Shown: positions 60,799-64,000 of the stretch, piece by piece
Position numbering within the stretch: the stretch's first letter is position 1
How the letters are laid out: each line of letters opens with the position of its first letter
DNA from: Methanocaldococcus indicus
GTDB taxonomy: Archaea; AGJL01; Methanococci; Methanococcales; Methanocaldococcaceae
Assembly: GCF_049554935.1 (NCBI RefSeq)
Contig: NZ_CP186926.1
Location: 480,001-544,000 of the forward strand
Direction of reading: 5' to 3'
Length of the DNA: 64,000 bases
Translations under genes and position numbers: made by a program
Notes under the pieces: generated by a model
Database searches by the model: none
Told to the model about the DNA's origin: nothing
The model's input: only the letters and a program-made list of their open reading frames with translations

Positions 60799-63783
60799 AT
60801 GATTGTAGAGAGTATAAGTTTAATGAACTTTAAAAGCCATAAAAGTAGTGAAATTAAATTTAATAAGGGAGTTGTTGTAATAGTTGGAGATAATGGAGCT
60901 GGAAAATCCTCAATATTTGAGGCCTTATATTTTGCACTATTTGGAAAATTACAAGACCAAACAATTGAAGAAATTATAACAAAAGGGAAAAATAGAGTTA
61001 GAGTAGTTGTAGAGTTTAGTGTTAATGGAAATAAATATAAGATTATAAGAGAAAGAGAGAAGAGAGGAAGAAATATTGATTTCTTGTATAAAAATGGGAA
61101 ATTAATTGCAAGAACTGCAAGGGATGTTAATAGAGAAATAGAAAACATTTTGGGAGTTGATAAAGATATATTCTTAAATTCAATTTATATAAAGCAAGGA
61201 GAGATAGCTAAATTTTTGTATGAAACTCCTGCTAGAAGAAAGGAAATGATTGCAAAACTTTTGAATTTAGATAGCTATGAAAAATGCTATGAAAAATTAA
61301 AAGATGTTATAAAAGATTATGAATTAAAGTATAATCAACTAAATGAAAAGATAAAGATTTATGAAAAATATAAAAAAGATTTAGATAATAAAAAAGAGGA
61401 ATTAGATAAACTAAGAAATGAAAAGGAAGATTTAGAAAAAGTAGTAGAAGAAATTAACAAAAAGAAGTTAGAAGTTGAAAATAAACTAAATATTCTTTTA
61501 GAGAAAAAATCAAAATATGAGAAATTTTTAAATAAATTAGAGCTTAGATTTTTAGAAATTGAAAAAAAAGAGGATAAACTAAATAGATACAAAAAAATTT
61601 TAAATGACTATAATTTCTACAACAATGAAACTGAAAAATTAAGACCATATTATAAAGAATATTTGAATATAAAAAATAATTTGAGTAATTTACAAAATGA
61701 ATTAAAAAAATTAGAAAAAGATTATTATGAATATCTAAAACTATATGGAAACTATGAACAACTTTTAAAAGAATATGAAAAATATAAAAATCTTAACTTT
61801 GATGAGAAAAATGTTGAAGATGAAATAAAACATTTAAAAAATAGAAAAGATAATTTACTTGAAATAAAAAACAAAATAATGGAATACAATAACTTAAAAA
61901 CTAAATTAGATGAATATAACAAACATAAGGAAATTTTAGATAAGTTAGAAGATAATTATAATGAATATATAAAAATTAAAGATGAGTTGGAAAACATTTC
62001 AAAAATTAAAGATGAATATATAAAAATATGTGAAAAAGAGAATAACTTAAAAGAAAAATTAAAAGATTTGGAAAGGAAAATAAATGAGCTAAATGATAAA
62101 CTAAAAAATTATAATGAAGAAGAAATAAAAAATAAATTAAAAGAGATAGAAAAACTAAAAGAAGAAAAAGAGATAATACAGAAAGAAATTGAAAACTTAA
62201 AAGCTAAAAAAGGAGCTATTGAAAATGAAATTAAAAATATAAAAAAGATACTAAATGAGTTGAAAGATGTTAAAAATGTATGTCCTTTATGCAAAACTCC
62301 AATAAATGAAGATAAGAAAATAAAACTTATAAAAGAGTATGAAAAAGAGTTAAATAACTATAACAATGAACTAACTAAAATTGAAAATAAGATTAAAGAA
62401 CTAACTAATAAAATTGAATATATAAATAACTATATAAACAAAGAAATTGAGTATATCAATCTTTTAAATACTATTCAAAAGCTAAAAGAGGATATACATA
62501 ACTTAGAAAGTGAAAAAAATAGATTAATTAAAGAATTAGATAATTTAACCAAAGAAAAAGAAAAATATAATATCAATGGAAAAAACATTATTGAGTATAT
62601 AGATGAGTTAAGCAACAAATTAAAAAACTTAGAGGATGATTATAAAAACTATATAACCTCTGAGCAATTTATTAAAAGTGTTGATTTTGATAAAATTAAG
62701 GAAGAATATAATAATTTATATAACTATATTAAGGACTACTTGAATTTAAATATTGATGAAGAAATAAAGAACATTGATAAAAAAATAGAAGAAAAAAATA
62801 ACCTCTTAAATAATATTAGAAGAAAAATTGAAATAGAAAAGGAAATAAGTGAAATTAAAAATAAATTAAATTTATTAAAAGATAATTATAATAAATATTT
62901 AGAAGTTAGAAAGGAGATTGAGAAATTAAATAAAAAACTTGATGAGTTAGAGGAACCTTATAAAGACTATACAAAATACAAAAGTTTATTAGATGAAATA
63001 ATTAGAAACTATGGAAATATAGATAATATAAAAAATAAAATATCTTCTCTTGAGAATGAACTTAATGAACTAAACTTAAAAATAGATGTTATTAAGAAAA
63101 ACTTAGAAAAACACCTATATAGTGAGATTGAAATTGAAAAAGTAAATAAAGAACATGATGAATTAGATAAAATTTATAATAATAAAAAATCTAAATTAGA
63201 CGAAATTAGAGGTAGAATAGAGACTATCAAAAAGGATATTGAAGAATTAGAATCCAAATTAAATGAACTTAACAATCTATACAAAGAAAAAGAAAAATTA
63301 GAAAAATTTATTAACTACCTAAAAAAAGTTAGAGAAATTTTTGGTAAAGATAAGTTCCAAAGATATTTAAGGATGATATATATCCCAACAATTAAAAAAT
63401 ATATGTTTGAAATCTTTGAGAATTTTGACTTAAACTATCCATATATAAATATTGATGAAAACTTTGATATACAACTACAAACACCAACAGGAGATTATCT
63501 ATCATTTAAAAATTTAAGTGGAGGAGAGCAGATAGCTGTTGCTCTATCTTTAAGATTGGCAATTGCTAAGGCATTAGTTAAAAATATTGGTTGTTTAATA
63601 GTTGATGAGCCAACAGTTCATTTAGATGAAGATAGAAGAGCTAAACTAATTGAAATATTTAATAATGTAAAAAATATTCCCCAACTTGTTATTATTTCCC
63701 ACCATAAAGAGATTGAAGACATAGCACACCAAGTAATCCTTGTTGAAAAAATTGGAGGATATTCTAATGTAAGAGTTATTTAA
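60799..63783 (+). CDS. rad50: Rad50 DNA repair ATPase
   Basis: NFKSH, GDNGAGKSS, Q-loop, CPLC zinc hook in the coiled coil, LSGGE, DEPT..LD and H-loop. Confidence 0.93.
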   Translation: MIVESISLMNFKSHKSSEIKFNKGVVVIVGDNGAGKSSIFEALYFALFGKLQDQTIEEIITKGKNRVRVVVEFSVNGNKYKIIREREKRGRNIDFLYKNGKLIARTARDVNREIENILGVDKDIFLNSIYIKQGEIAKFLYETPARRKEMIAKLLNLDSYEKCYEKLKDVIKDYELKYNQLNEKIKIYEKYKKDLDNKKEELDKLRNEKEDLEKVVEEINKKKLEVENKLNILLEKKSKYEKFLNKLELRFLEIEKKEDKLNRYKKILNDYNFYNNETEKLRPYYKEYLNIKNNLSNLQNELKKLEKDYYEYLKLYGNYEQLLKEYEKYKNLNFDEKNVEDEIKHLKNRKDNLLEIKNKIMEYNNLKTKLDEYNKHKEILDKLEDNYNEYIKIKDELENISKIKDEYIKICEKENNLKEKLKDLERKINELNDKLKNYNEEEIKNKLKEIEKLKEEKEIIQKEIENLKAKKGAIENEIKNIKKILNELKDVKNVCPLCKTPINEDKKIKLIKEYEKELNNYNNELTKIENKIKELTNKIEYINNYINKEIEYINLLNTIQKLKEDIHNLESEKNRLIKELDNLTKEKEKYNINGKNIIEYIDELSNKLKNLEDDYKNYITSEQFIKSVDFDKIKEEYNNLYNYIKDYLNLNIDEEIKNIDKKIEEKNNLLNNIRRKIEIEKEISEIKNKLNLLKDNYNKYLEVRKEIEKLNKKLDELEEPYKDYTKYKSLLDEIIRNYGNIDNIKNKISSLENELNELNLKIDVIKKNLEKHLYSEIEIEKVNKEHDELDKIYNNKKSKLDEIRGRIETIKKDIEELESKLNELNNLYKEKEKLEKFINYLKKVREIFGKDKFQRYLRMIYIPTIKKYMFEIFENFDLNYPYINIDENFDIQLQTPTGDYLSFKNLSGGEQIAVALSLRLAIAKALVKNIGCLIVDEPTVHLDEDRRAKLIEIFNNVKNIPQLVIISHHKEIEDIAHQVILVEKIGGYSNVRVI

Positions 63784-63788
63784 GTTAC

Positions 63789-64000
63789 TTAAATTTTTGT
63801 TATAAAGTCCCAGAAAGATTTTACTGCACTTGGGTTTTTTGTTTTTTTATTTTTAACTAAATATAAATTCCTAACAAGTTCTAAATCTTTTATTGGGACT
63901 ATTTTTACTAATCCTGCATTTTCAGCTTTTTTTGCTGGAATCTCTGATATTACACTCACTCCATAACCTTCTGAAACAGCTGTTATAACAGCTGAACTAC
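63789..64000 (-). CDS. LysR-family regulator, 3' part (possibly selenium-responsive HrsM type)
   Basis: Manual translation SSAVITAVSEGYGVSVISE...RNLYLVKNKKTKNPSAVKSFWDFITKI* fits a LysR substrate-binding domain C-terminus. Confidence 0.8.
   Translation of the reverse strand, partial: SSAVITAVSEGYGVSVISEIPAKKAENAGLVKIVPIKDLELVRNLYLVKNKKTKNPSAVKSFWDFITKI

Noticed and set aside
887-62294. Many short ORFs antisense to or nested in long genes (e.g. 887-1072, 6799-7101, 25115-25444, 60729-61148)
   Set aside because: Shadows of well-supported genes, with no motifs or RBS.
61250-63350. Low-complexity A-rich periodicity
   Set aside because: Explained by Rad50 coiled-coil codons (Lys, Glu, Asn).

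Overview
AT-rich, CpG-poor archaeal chromosome segment from a hyperthermophilic methanogen of the Methanocaldococcus type. The evidence is hmd, hcgF, comA/comD, aksF, mmp7, tfrB, a Methanococcales-type MCM, aIF2-gamma and GGTGA/GAGG ribosome-binding sites. About 60 mostly housekeeping or methanogenesis genes are present. One accessory island (about 9.43-13.86 kb) holds an intact 703-bp IS6 element (16-bp TIRs, 9-bp TSD) nested in a decayed IS4/IS701-like element, two extra truncated left ends of that element, a frameshifted C2H2 zinc-finger (probably Hfq-fusion) relic, a 39-aa membrane ORF, a secreted TPR-PEGA protein and a HAD-family relic. A 556-bp internally deleted IS5-like element lies at 58.5-59.1 kb. 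Features missing from the ORF track include a DraG-family ADP-ribosylglycohydrolase divergent from amt across a double NrpR operator, a box C/D guide sRNA (15816-15873), a 74-bp GC-rich palindromic insert flanked by a 20-bp duplication of the aIF2-gamma 3' end, a 51-aa membrane ORF and a partial LysR gene. No rRNA, tRNA or CRISPR array was seen. All family assignments come from motif recognition, not database searches.
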